Shown: one piece after another, positions 39,849-53,759 of the stretch
Position numbering within the stretch: position 1 is the first letter of the stretch
Layout of the letters: the number at the start of each line of letters is the position of its first letter
NCBI GenBank assembly: GCA_951406725.2
Contig: OX597814.1
Span: 31,124,001 to 31,188,000 of the forward strand
Length of the DNA stretch: 64,000 nt
From: Octopus vulgaris
Taxonomy: Eukaryota
Direction of reading: 5' to 3'
Position numbers and translations under genes: made by a program
Notes under the pieces: model-generated
What the model was told of the DNA's origin: nothing
The model's input: only the letters and a program-made list of their open reading frames with translations
Databases searched by the model: none

Positions 39849-42800
39849 ATATATATATATAAACATATATATATGTGTGTGTGTATATATGTATGCATGC
39901 ATGTATGTATGTATGCGTATGTTTGCTTGTGTTTTCGGGGGGTGTACAAGTATTTAAAATCATACTTTTCAAGTTTTATGATGTTATTCACATGGATTGA
40001 CACACATCAGTGCAGTTTCCTTTGACTGATAGAAGGTTCTTATATATTTCGCCTGAACACTACTATTTTTACTGTTTCCACTTCTGACGGCCCACACCTT
40101 GTGTAACAAATTTAGTCAGACATGTAGTCCTTACGCTGACCCGTTTCGATAATCATGTTCGAGAGCATTCCATTCTCAAAGAAATATCCTACTTGATTTT
40201 GTTTCTATTTTTTTTTATTCTCACAACAAAAGCTATTATTTGGAAAGAACACACATTCCCTAACACAATCACATGTAAATGGAGATCGTGCTTATCCAAT
40301 TAAAAAATCCTCAGTGTATTTATTTAGCGATCGAAATTTTACTAGAATCCCGTCATCCGATATGTGACTAAAATTCTAAAACACATCTCTATTTTCAATA
40401 TATTTTGTGAGGGAGCCCAAGAATTCTAAATGTTGTCATTGTTGTGTAATTTGTGGAAGTATTGTGTGCACTGAATAAAGTTCAAAGAGTTGAAAAGTCA
40501 GATACGTCATTAATTCCGGAAAGCTACTGTCCGTGGGGGCCCCTAAGTAATGAGGAGGAAAGACGCGTTAAATGATACTTTCCGCCATTTTGTGTCAATC
40601 ATGTTTCTCTGTCTGTCTGTCATTCCTTACAACCTCACATGCACATACACACATCCAGACTGAGTGACAGAGAAATACAAAGGAGATTCACTGAGAGAGA
40701 GGGTGGCAGGGAGGAGAGAGAAACAGAAAGAAAGCGGAAGAAAGAAAGAAAGCAAGAGAAGGAAAGAAGGAAAGAGAAAGAAAGAATGAAAGAAAGAAAG
40801 AGGGAGACTATGAAATAGTGAAAGAGACAGTTAAAATATAACTGTAATATTTCCTCGAGTATAATTTCTACTTCTTAATGCCAAATGTTTTTGAAATTTT
40901 CACAGAAATTTAAATGACTTCCGATTGGAATTATTCTAAATATCCTAAATTATTTTCAAACTATCCACTATCTCGAATGATAATTAAAATTGCAAAAGGT
41001 TCCGAGAATATTGTTTTTGTTTTTTCTTCACATTTCCAATTGCTTGAAGCACTAACAAATATTTCTATAATTCAATAAATTACCAAGTCTAGATCACACG
41101 TTGTCATCACGATCAAATAAGATTTAGTGAAAAAAATCGTGATATAATCACATTTCCTAATACAACTACTCTTGGACTCTCATACAAGTCTAATAATCCA
41201 CTTTGGTCACTTCTATTGTTTATTGTGCCTCAAAGACATCACGATGTATCTATTGTTTAACTAAAGCAGCATTTTTCTTCGGTGAACAATTACTTTTAAA
41301 GGTCTGCCAAAGGGTAAAAGTTTCTCATAGCATGCATTCAGCACGCGTCTCGCAAATTTATTAACTTTAGGGATGTATTATCTGTGGTAGAGGCTTTTGT
41401 AGAATGTTAGCTTTACTTTTTTCTTATTGTTTGTGATTAATATGAAATCGAGGAAGGTTAAACTCTACTAAATTCTTATACTTCTCAGTGATATAATGTG
41501 GGGAATTGTGTTCGGTGAATACATCTCATTAAGTTTATAATGATGCTGCATAAATAATATGGCATGTTAGTTTCTTATCCAGCAACTGGGAACAATATTC
41601 TTTCATAATGAATACATTTATACACCACAGTCACAATTATGCATATATGTTTGAGTATGTATGATTTTGTGTATGCATGTGCGTATGTAGTACAGTAGGA
41701 ATGATTATTAGTGTTTTGTAATTTTTATTGCTTTGAAATGCTTCTTTTGTTGCGCAGCGAAACATTATGTAATATTAGTATAATGAATATCTATAAACAT
41801 ATTTCTAGATTATAAAAAGAAAGCTTTGTAACGTGTCTTGGATAATGAATGTATTTTATATATAGAACCCAGGCGTTGCTGTCAGATAGAGTATCTAGAG
41901 GCGTAATTACGTATTTAATATATTGTGAAGAGTATCACCATTCACCGTTTAATATGATATCATATTCAGAAATTTTATTTAAAAAATGTTAAACAAATAT
42001 CTGAAATATATGATGAAAATAAGGTTAGGCATAAAAGACTCTAGTTAAGAAGTGCACGTTGCAATCTCATGGATTAGGGTTTCTTTCCACTGCACAGATT
42101 CTTGAACACGTAGCCTCAGGTTAAGCAATATTTTCTGAATTGAGTTTAATAGATAGAATTATGAGATACCTTTCATACGTAGATATATGTTTATATAAGA
42201 AATAATAATCCTTCGAGGAGCTAATACAACGCAAGTTTGAAACATAAGTGAAAGCAGGAGTAAGGGGGGTAAAGATCTACAGTTTACACTTCACCTAACA
42301 TTTCAATATTTCAAGGTTAAATCTTCTTTATCAAAAGAAAACGGAGCTGCTATCTTTTGATCATATATACATTATTTAGAGACTATTACCTCAACCAGTC
42401 TACCTAATGTCGCTCTAATCTGTAATTAATCGACGGGCCAAGTTTATAAATGAATATTACACCTTGGATTCTCGAGTTGTGACTTGTGCTCTGTCACCTT
42501 GCTATATCTTTACATAAACATTAAAATGAGGTTATATTATTTTAAAGCAAGTTTCAGAATAACAACGGTACAGTTATTACTGATGGTGTATCAGTATTGA
42601 CAATTGGATCAAACGTATTATGAAAATGAAATTGACTTGGGCATTGCAATACTTGTATATACACTGTGTGGAATATGCTTTCGTAAGGACGCGCCTTGAT
42701 TTCGTTTTTTTTGTAAATCCTGAGTTCAGCATTGGCTAGAATGAGTTAAGTAATGATTTTATGGTGCTGATTAGCGATGTGTTTATTTATAATTTCTCCT

Positions 42801-42999
42801 GTGGAAAGCGAGTGCCATGTTACTACGAGCTACGAATCCACAGTCACCACAAACGTGATAATTTAAAGCAGGATATTTTTCTAGCCCGTGCTTAAGATTC
42901 GCACAAAATTCATCACGGAGTTTTGTTTACATTTTCCGAATCACCTTACGATGTTTTTTCATTCGTTTCATTGTTCAGGTCTTCTCATCGCTTGAGGTT

Positions 43000-43790
43000 A
43001 TACTTAAACTTATCATTGTAACATAATAGAAGATGGCCTACACTGTAGGTCCAGCAGGGTGATTGTTGTTCCAAAGCTGATCATAGAAAAACAGTTTGAG
43101 GAAGCCTATAATCTTTCATCCGAAATAAGTACCCTGCCCATCTCAACTGTATCTTCATTAGAAAAGCTTCGATATCAATAATGTTGCATCGTTGCGACAT
43201 TTCACATTTTTCTGTCTTTATCTTGCAGTTTAATACCGGAAATCATTCACAAACATTGCATGTGACACGAATCGAGTTAGTTTATATGCTGAGAGTAAGG
43301 CTACATGTCTCAGCACCATATAATAGAGCTGACAGAATAACATGTAGAGAGAAAAACTTACAAATCTTCTCCCTCAGGAATACATTTATAATGTCCCAAC
43401 GTCGATGTTGGATCTGAGCCAATGCTGAGCCGGCCTTGGCTATTCTAGGCGGTATTACCTTATCCATTTTCACGTCTTATGAGACTATGGAACAGAATGA
43501 AAGTTGAATAGATCGACTGACTTTAGATGCTTGCCATTAACAAAAGCGTAAGGTATGATGGAGGATGAATTGTCACGCATGGCTTGGCAGATAAGTTTAC
43601 CTCCTTCACTTTAATTGCTTTTGATGCTTCAAAATCAAAGAAAGATTGCGCATCTTCTGGACTGTGAACAATAAGATGGAAGTCACCGGCGAAAAGATCG
43701 CAGATTAACGGAAGCATTATTTTTGTTTTTGGCCTTAAATTTCTGATGATTATAGCGGCCATTTCATGTTCTAAATTCGATAACATTATC
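43000..43790 (-). mobile_element. Decayed RTE (BovB-like) LINE fragment
   Basis: Peptides ICDLFAGD..LIVHSPEDAQ and RIAKAGSALAQ...ILSALLYGAETCSL. Confidence 0.75.
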
Positions 43791-44562
43791 TTCAGAATGA
43801 TTTAAAACGCATAAAACAAAATGAAAAAAGTGTGCATTATTAGAAACAGTAGTGACCTCTGTGTGCTTGCTTCCATAAAGGCTGATCTAGATAAAGAATA
43901 TGATTCAAGAAGTTCTTTCGACATAAGTTTTACACTCCAGCGTGGTTATACGCTACCATGTAGGTTTGCACACCTTAGATACGTTTATAGAATTTATAGA
44001 ATTTGGTTATTACAGAGAAAACAATTAGTTGTAAAACTTAATGGTAGCAAAATAGATTAATTGCAAACCTATATCATCACTTCTGGAAATTGTGTCAATT
44101 AGGCAAATTTTTCGCTAATATTGTAACAAAATTTTAATCCAAGTTTTATACAAGAATTGTGCACAAAACTAGTTTTTAAAAAGCATACAAAAGATCTACT
44201 TATAACCTGTCTAATTATCGGTATATTCTTCAGTAATTTCAAATACAGAGAACAATACCTTCAGGCAGGAAATTTTCTCTTTTACTTCAAGCAAGACATT
44301 TATTGATATACAAAACCACAAATCAGCAATTTTATATAATACATATTTTGTTCTTCTTTTCATTAAGCAAGTGAAAATAAAATACAGCTATTCACCATAT
44401 ATCAGAGTTATCATGCCAGACGGAAAGAGTTTGAAATAAAAAGTTAAGTATGATAACATTTCTTTGCCTCGTCACCAGTTTGCATTTGAAGTAATCTTCC
44501 CCTTTATATAAATGAAATAAATCATTGAAGAATTTCTTAATATACATACATGCATACATACA

Positions 44563-44660
<98 letters not shown>

Positions 44661-47600
44661 CATAATGTCACTTGTAATTTATTTCTCGGTGTTATAAGTG
44701 ACGAACTCAAAGGAAAGTCAGTGTGTAATTATCAGCTTAATCAAATGTTGTGAACATTAAAATTGGAAATGCACTTACTACTGTTTTCTAATTAATTATA
44801 ACAATTATTGTAAGGTGACGAATAATGATGGTGCAGTCAAGTACGATAGGAATTTCTTTTAGATGTTTAATGTTATATAACTTCAAGTAATTAGTATTAA
44901 GTTTCTGGTACATCTTAAATTCCCCGAATGCTAATTTAAAATTATCGGTATATCATTTAGCTGTAGTTAGCTACATTTAGCTACATTAAAATACCAGGAA
45001 AATACTAGATTCAAACCATTTGTCTCTACATCACACTTGTGTTTCAAAATAATACCGTTCTACTTGTTTAGATTAATCCTCAATTAAAAAGAAACTTTTA
45101 TGAAGTAGGTCTCCATTAAATATTACATATGAAAGAAATGTTGAGCTTATTTGTTGGATATTTTTTATACTAGTATTTCATTGACATTGCTAACAAATTC
45201 TGAAGCTTGTCCTTTTCACCACATTTCAGAGCCAAGAGATGTTTATTCAGTTCCGCATTTTAATAGGAGATATTTTAACTGATTTCAATTGAAATTTAAC
45301 ATTCTGTTTGGTTTATTTATTTATTGTTCAGGACAAAAACGAAAGAATCAGCAATATTTTTCTGTGTTGCCAAGAACCAACGCTTTTTTCTTCATTGTCG
45401 AATTTTAGCTAATTTGTGTTCTTTTTTCTTCTTCGTATATTTAATATTTTCCTGCTATTTCTAAAACCTTATGTTCACAAAACTCTATGATATGATTTTT
45501 TTCTATAAAGGTCATACAAGAGGTTTTCTTTGTCAGTGCTGCCATGACCACGGGTTATTCACTTGTCTAAGCAATTGCGTGCAAAATAAGCATTTCCCTA
45601 CCACGCCTCAGAAGAAACCTCCAACATGTTACAAATAAATTCCTCCCGGGACATAGTATGGAACAAAAAGCATTTAAACTTGATAATGCCATAAGACTAT
45701 AGAACGCTGCACTTGCCTGAATCAAATACTTTTTTGTTGCAAATAAATAAAAGTCTTTTTTGAAAAAAATTCTTTTAAATAACTTACTCTAAGTCAGAGA
45801 AATTCAATAGTTTCTTTATTTTTCTTTAAGTAAACAGAAACATCTAAGTGAATTGCAGTATAATATATTCTTTAGTTCCCTTTCTAATGCCTTTCTTACT
45901 GTATCTCCGAAAGGATTTATGGAAAACAAGAACCTACAGTGGGAAACGCAAAACAGAATATATTTTTGCCTCTAGATCATCAAATTGAAACTCATTGAAA
46001 AATTGTTACTTCCCCAATTAGAGAACTATATACGCTGGCGCTTTTGTAGAATGCTAATATTGGTGTGAATATATGCCTTTCACAGAGCCTGGGGGAAAAG
46101 AGTGGGATATAAAACACTAAGGAAATAATATGAATTGGCTATTATAACAGACTTGCTAAGGTATTGGAAATAAATTCTACAGTTGATTTTTTTAATATTT
46201 CTTTTTCATGTTTTTCTTTGCGATTTTTACAAATATTATCAGAGAATTTATATCAAAATTCGTTCCTCTTTTTAAATGTAACAGAAATTTACTGAATGAC
46301 TATAGAAAACATTTCTTATGTTTGTTTCTGCTTTAAAGGTTTTCTTTGCTGTTATCTTTATTTTTATATTTTACTTTTTATTTGAAAATTTTCGATGTAG
46401 TAGAACAAAGGACTTAGAATGGGAAATCAATAGAGCAAAATGTTGATGAAAGAAATTACGTAACTAAATGCTAACGAAACGAAAAGAGATTAAATACAAC
46501 ATCCTGTTTTACAATATATTCAAAATACATACATTTTAGTGTTTTTTTTATAGATATTCTTTTACATTTTAGCTTCAAAAATATATTTATTGTATTATAT
46601 TCAAAGGTAATTTGGATAGGCATATTGGGTATTAACGGTTTTTCAATATTGGCAAGTCTGTAACATAATACTTCTACAACTAAATTGCAAATTTCTTCAA
46701 TATTGAATATATAATATTTCATATCGAACAAAGAACGTTTCTCGATATATCACTCATGATTCGATATGAAAGAAAGGCTAATAAACTAATTTTACTTCGA
46801 ATGCTTATTAAACCGATATATAGAATCAAAGGTAAAGTGAAGTAAAATCTTTTACGCTTTCAAATTTACCTGCTAAGAGAGATATTACCGAGAATGGCAA
46901 TAACTCACTTTCTTAGCTATCATTTGGTGTTTTTTAAACATTAAAACTTCTGAAAATATTTCTGTAATTGATCTTGTCTCGGTGAAACAATAATATTTAC
47001 TAATTATCTTGTCATTTTAAATTTTGTGATTATTCAATGTGACATATTATTGTTCGTTATGCGCTTAATATATAAGCACACATTTAATTGGAAACATAAA
47101 TTAGAAATAAAAGTAAAAAATAAACTGATACATATATACTTAAGATTTAATTTTAAAATAGTTCTATTCTGTATTGAAGCATGATATACACTAAAATACC
47201 TTCACTATTGTGTCATTATGTACTGACACATTTACAGTCTGCAGAAGTAATATTTAAAGCCGTCTAAAGAGTTTGGTGACATCCATCTGAGAAACCTGTA
47301 GATTTTTTGGGAAGATGAATAAAACTTGAAGTGCTTAAGCCTGTATTCTAGCACTTAGCTTTCCAAGAAGCGAGGTAAAGCGATTAGCAATATGGGGAGT
47401 AATTCGACGTTTGTGGACCACTATAAGCTGAACGTCCTGACAGCTGCAACGTCCTATCCCTTACACTATATATAGAGAATTAAAAAGATGTTCATGAGCA
47501 ACCGTTGCCTGGGATATGACCAGTGCGTCCAAGTGGTACTACGGTCAGATTTGTTCTGCGTACTTTCGTTTATTTCGTATCAGTTTCAAATCTCTTTCCA

Positions 47601-50327
47601 TGAAGAATGGTAGAAATGAATTGATAGTTTGGGATACAAGAATGACAATTTGATACTCTGATTGTTTCTGAGATGCAATATAGACACAGCATATAACCGC
47701 TTTGACTGTAAGTTGCATGGAAATAATGTTGTTATTCAATATATGATGAGATAGGATCGTTAATGGCTAAAGCTATTAGCTACAGCTATTGTACAATGTT
47801 TTTGGTGAAAGTATCGAATTATTGTTTTATTTCGTTGAATCAGTGGACAATACTGAAAGAGAATGTGTAAGGTAATGGTTGCGTCAATAAAATATAATTC
47901 ATTTTATTCTATGTTCACACTAAATGAAATATTTTGACGATGAAATAATTTGATAGTGAATTAGATGCATTTTATAAGTGAGCAAGAGTGTTTGTTTTCT
48001 TCATTCATCCATTGCGTTCTCCGGATTATATTTCTTTTTATTTAAAAGTTCTTACAACTACTTAATACTTGGGCTTACATGCAATGAAATGTATCAGTTG
48101 TAAGTATATTGCATAATTTTTTACCTTATTTTCATATATTTGTTTTCCTCGTGTGAAAAATGTGCATTGATTATTATCAAGATAAAATTGGCAACATAAC
48201 AGGTCAAATACATTCTGAAATTTCCTTATATCCCTTCCTATCTTAAGTTCCAATTTTGAAGGAAGGAAACTGAATATTTCATACACCCAAGGCATATAAT
48301 CTCTGTAGCAGTTATGTTGTGAAATCAATTTTTATGACCATTCAGTTCCCCTAAGTATTCCCTGCCTAATAAATATAACTTACTAATGCCATCATTATTT
48401 TCATATTTTCTTCAGGAGTGTAAGTCAATGCACGGCTTTTTTCAGTGTTTCTGAGGCCGCGGAGGGAAAGGAGCCAGTATCCATTCGAACATTTTCTAGA
48501 AATAAAAGTAGTTCATAAGTATATCACCTTCTCGATATACCAGAAACACATTTTGAACGCTTGCGATATATTGGATTCAGTACGTTACTCAATACCATCA
48601 CCAGATGATGGCATTGAAGCGGAATTCGATTAGGTCTCCTACCCAAGTAGATACTGGAGTGAACACCGTGCCTAGTTTTTATTTGACTTTCGAATTTACC
48701 TGCGGTGAGTTAAGTCTTGGGATTGCCTTCATAATATCCTACACCGGGTGTGATTAAATCTATATCATAATTCACTTTACCATCGTTATATGTAATTACT
48801 TACATGACGTAGGAAGTTAGTTGGGAAGCATTACTATGAAAAGGTATGTGTTTGTGGGGGGGGGCATCTAAGAGCAAGCAGCGTTCATTAATCAGTTTCA
48901 TCTATCAATGCTCGAAACTCTATCATGAAGGTACCCCAATTGTAATTTTATTTACACAGGCCAAACAAATTAGAATAAAACAAACATGCTGCCGCACTTT
49001 TAATTGAGTATTTCTATCTATTTAAACCTAATTGAAAACATGTATTACAAATTTCCTATCTGCAGCAACTTTGGTAGAATCGGGCAAATGCAGTATTTGG
49101 TTACAAGCGTTTGAGAAACCTGTGGAAGATGATTTTGGTTGATATGCGACTAAGATTGATAAAAATATATAATCAATTACTGGATTGATGGAATCATCTC
49201 TCCCTCCCCAAAATTTCTGAATTTGAGCTTATACTTGAAATTCTTATGAACTTATTACATTTTCTATGGTGTTTTCTCTTGCATAGAATGTTTTAATTTG
49301 TCTCTCGGGACACGTTTATGATGACTTAATTGTTATCATCGAGCAATAGTCGGGAATATTTTTCGACGATAATTTAGTGAGAGATTTTACGACATATGCT
49401 ATGTTTGTTTAAGATGATGATTAAAATCATCTAAATCTTTAGATGATTTTTAACATCTGTCTACATTGAAATGCATCACCAGAATATCTGCTTGTAATAA
49501 GGAACAATCCTTTACGTGGAGCCAATGAGTAATCCTCTAGACCATTGATTGACCTGGTACAAAACTAAATGGTCGGGCACTTCTTTCTTCCGAATTCAAA
49601 GTATAAATCAGATAAGTGCAGAATATTTATGTATGGATAACAAGTGATGGGTCCAATATATATATTCATGGGTCTGATCAATCAGATGTAACCATAATCT
49701 CAACATGGACAAGAGCCACAATAACAGTAACTACAACATTAACAACAACGATACATTACAAAACATATGAGACTTAACAAAAGATTGGTTAACTAAACCG
49801 TTCAGTCTATCATACGCATATATTCATAAAAGATATTTATTACCTATAGTAATTACGTGAAAGATAATAGTTTATTTGACGTCTGCATGAAATATTTATC
49901 TAATAAATTTCTACTCTATTTGCATTATTTTGCTAAAGAAGAGATTAACTTGTTCTTCATTATACTGTAAATATTTTAATACCAAACTTTTTAAATTCTA
50001 CTTATTCTTCCATTCTATTCTATTAAACCATTTTCGATATAATACATTGCACTTCTTTACGGAATTTTTACCCGATGTTCAGGCACGTGTGACAATGTGT
50101 ATGTACCTATTATGCATGTAATTGTAGAGGGTCTGAGGGTTAATATGTACAAGTTTGTGTTAGTGTTTCCGTATATTTCTGCATGTGGGTCTGTGTTAGC
50201 ATGCAAGTGTGAGTCAGCAATGTCTACTGCGTGCGTGAGAACTTCACATACTTTACATCATTTAGAGTAATTTCTAATATGTGCAGTAATTCGTACATTT
50301 GTACGCACACATGCCGGAAGTTTGCAA

Positions 50328-50385
<58 letters not shown>

Positions 50386-50419
50386 TAACTATATATATAT
50401 GTATATATATAATTATATG

Positions 50420-50451
<32 letters not shown>

Positions 50452-51785
50452 CATTTATATATATGCATACGTATATAATATATATGTACATATATATATA
50501 CATATATTTATATACATATATATATATAGTTATGCATGTATACACACACCCATCTATACCCACCCATCCACCCACACATCCACACTCACCCAGACACACA
50601 CACGCACACGCACACACATATACACACACACGTGTATACTCACATTTCTCTTATCTGCTAATTCATGCAGCGTTCGGCATGCAGCATATAACCTTTCGAA
50701 AGTATGTTATAAACTTTTGTAATACGGTAAATATAACGATTGGTTCATGCAACCAAACAGATATTCGGCAAGTGATATCAAACGAAATTTTGTATCACGC
50801 TGTGTTATCTAATGCTCTTTTTTAAAATAGTTTTTAAAAAGAAATAACAACTTGTTTATCAAGTCATTTCAAAAGCATATTTCATCAATAGATTTAAACT
50901 AATAATATTAAGTATGTTTTAGAGCTTTTTTAAAAAAAAAATCTTATTTTAAGCTAATTCCAGTTTTTTAGAAGTAAGAATCTTAAAATTTTCGTTTCAA
51001 TAAAGTCGCCCTTTTCTAAGACACAGTCGGAGAAAAACTTTTATGTTATTTTTATGTAATTTTACCCTACTTTATTTTAATGTATAATGGATAAAACTTT
51101 TTTTTAATTTCATTCTTTTCTCTCTTTTTAACGATTTTAAATTCCTAGTATTAAGTATTCACGATACTACAGAATACTGCTCATATAGAGTTCAGTTGAG
51201 AAATTTTAAACAAGATTTCTATGAGCAAAAGAAATGAACAAAATTTGTCTCTTCATAAAATTCCAAAGGCGGAGATTCGTACATCTCTCTTTTTTTTTTT
51301 TTTTTTCGAGTGCTTTTCGTTGAGATATTTAATTCAGTTACATTCTGAAAACTTGTCAATATAGTAATTCTCAACAAATTTCTTTTTTCTTTTTTCATGT
51401 CGTTTCATATTTTTTTGTGTGTGTGTTGCAGCTTAAGGCAAATTCATACCAGTTTATCATCTCTCAAAATTCATGCATTAGTGGGAAAAGAAAGGGTGGG
51501 AAAATTGAACCTCTATTCATTCTTGAAAAAAATTCAGCACTTTATAAAGTTTCTCTATGCATTTTAGAGGCCATAAGGGTGTTCCTTGTGATATTTTCCT
51601 TTTCAAGAATCGTATGAAATACATTTACAAAATACCTGAAGATAGAACGACAAAAACTTTTGAGACACGTACGTGAGAGAGCTTGTACATGTACATGTAT
51701 ATTAATGTATATAGGTATGTATGGACGTATATATTATACATTAAGGAATACATGCATAAATATATTCACAGATACACAAACACAC

Positions 51786-51827
<42 letters not shown>

Positions 51828-52104
51828 GTGTATATATATATATGTTCATTTCCCTGTATATGTATGTAAGCATGAATATTTTTTCACTTACTGGTGCATT
51901 ATAAATATATACTTCTGTCATGTAATTTTTATGTAAGATATGAGACGGCATACATGCCAAATCGTTGGTTGAAAAGTAACTGTGAATATGTTTCTCAGTA
52001 AATAATTTTTACATATGTCTATATTTTTATGGATGTGTGCTCCATATGCATAGTATACGAGAAAATATGTATACATACATATATATATATTTATATACAC
52101 ACAC

Positions 52105-52172
<68 letters not shown>

Positions 52173-52331
52173 TTATATATACATAGTTACATATATGTAT
52201 ATATACACACACATATATGTATACATATATATCCGCACACCTCTCTGAGTTTGTGATTTAGTTTGTGTGTACCTGTATGCACATATTTAACTCTAAATCT
52301 CGCAATGAAAAATATGTTAGTTCTTCTGTAA

Positions 52332-52541
52332 GGGCAACTTCTGCAGTATTTAAATTCTCAAGAAGATGGAGAGAGTATCACCTTCCAAGAAGTTCCGACT
52401 TCATCAACACATTATAAATTACTAATTCCAACAACCGTAGACTACTATGATTGCAAGTACGTTGCACGAAGTACAACAGTATCTGGCATAACCTACCAGC
52501 ATCCCCCACAGAAATGCAATGCCCTTCCGGTCCCTCACTAA
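52332..52541 (+). CDS. Candidate terminal coding exon, product unknown
   Basis: 70-codon, GC-richer, non-repetitive frame (GQLLQ)YLNSQEDGESITFQEVPTSSTHYKLLIPTTVDYYDCKYVARSTTVSGITYQHPPQKCNALPVPH*; possible acceptor CTTCTGCAG ending 52346. Confidence 0.3.
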   Translation, partial: GQLLQYLNSQEDGESITFQEVPTSSTHYKLLIPTTVDYYDCKYVARSTTVSGITYQHPPQKCNALPVPH

Positions 52542-53252
52542 GTCGGTGCAAGTACATAATCATACTTCGTTATATCGAAGGTTTATTTCACCTGGTGTAT
52601 TTGCGATTTTTTTAACGAATACGAATCATACAATAGTATCTTAACACTGGAAAAATGAAAAAATTCAAATATCATTTTCGTATTGAATTTTGCTTTATCG
52701 AATCCACTTACGTTTGTAACATATCTCCATCGGTTATATTTTAGTAGCGTGAAATTTAATTTGTAAAGCCGCATAAAGTTTCACATTTATTAAAATATGA
52801 TTGAAAAGATACAGTTGTTTAAATAAGTAGATGTATTTTATTTTCTACAGTCGGCAAAATGCTGTATAGTCAAAAACATAGTGAATGTACTCAAGTAATG
52901 ACAATGAAAATCTACGATATATTCATACCCGCACAGACACACACTTACACAGTCACGCACACACGCATACACATACACACACAAATGTATACACTGACAC
53001 ACATACCCATACAAATAAGTGTGTAATTGACTTTGGTCAAGTACCGAGAACGCCTGCTGCGTAAAGATTTAATAGCAAAAATGGGCACTAACGTATTTGG
53101 TACAAATTCAAACCATATCATTGTTATGAGAACAAATCATTTTCTGAATAAATAATCATTTGCTATCTTCACTGAAGGGTAATTTTAGTTAACATTTCTT
53201 ATATTATTGCATCTAGTATACTGTCTACCCCATGTGTATGTGTGTGTGTATA

Positions 53253-53759
53253 AGCTAGTTGTAAAATTTCAAGAAGAAGTCAGAGTAGTAATTTTACTAA
53301 CCAATAAAACTTAATCGCCAGATCAAAGTGGTTGTTCCATGTTACTACGAGCTTAACCCCAGGTAGCTCTTCCGCCAGCTGATTATCAGTGAAGCCTGCA
53401 CCCTCTACATATATCTATGTTGCTAGAGTAGTAACATGGAACAGCCACTTTGATGTGACGATTAACTTTACTGGTTAGTATAGTTACTACTCTCATCTCT
53501 TGAGATTTTACAACTAGCTACTTTGCTTGTTGCAATCTGTGACCAATGGTCACTTTGTTTACAATATATTGGTGGCTGGACCGAACCCTGTCTATCTCTT
53601 TGGTGACCAAGTGTTCGCGACTGCAGATGGTCCAACCAGCTCAAAAGTCAGTGGCGCGATTCTGTTGTCTGCTAGAAGATGGTGGGGGTTCGCTTCTCTG
53701 CTAGCAATATATATGTATGTACAGGGTGCAGGATGCACCAATAACCATCTGGCGGAAGA
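53253..53759. repeat. Nested inverted repeats directly upstream of the second PLE
   Basis: 53253-53348 is approximately the reverse complement of 53428-53519; 53368-53426 is approximately the reverse complement of 53700-53759. Confidence 0.8.

Noticed and set aside
48446-48704. Exon-like segment with TTTTTTCAG acceptor and GTGAGT donor
   Set aside because: All three frames contain stops; it could only be non-coding or terminal, and nothing supports that.
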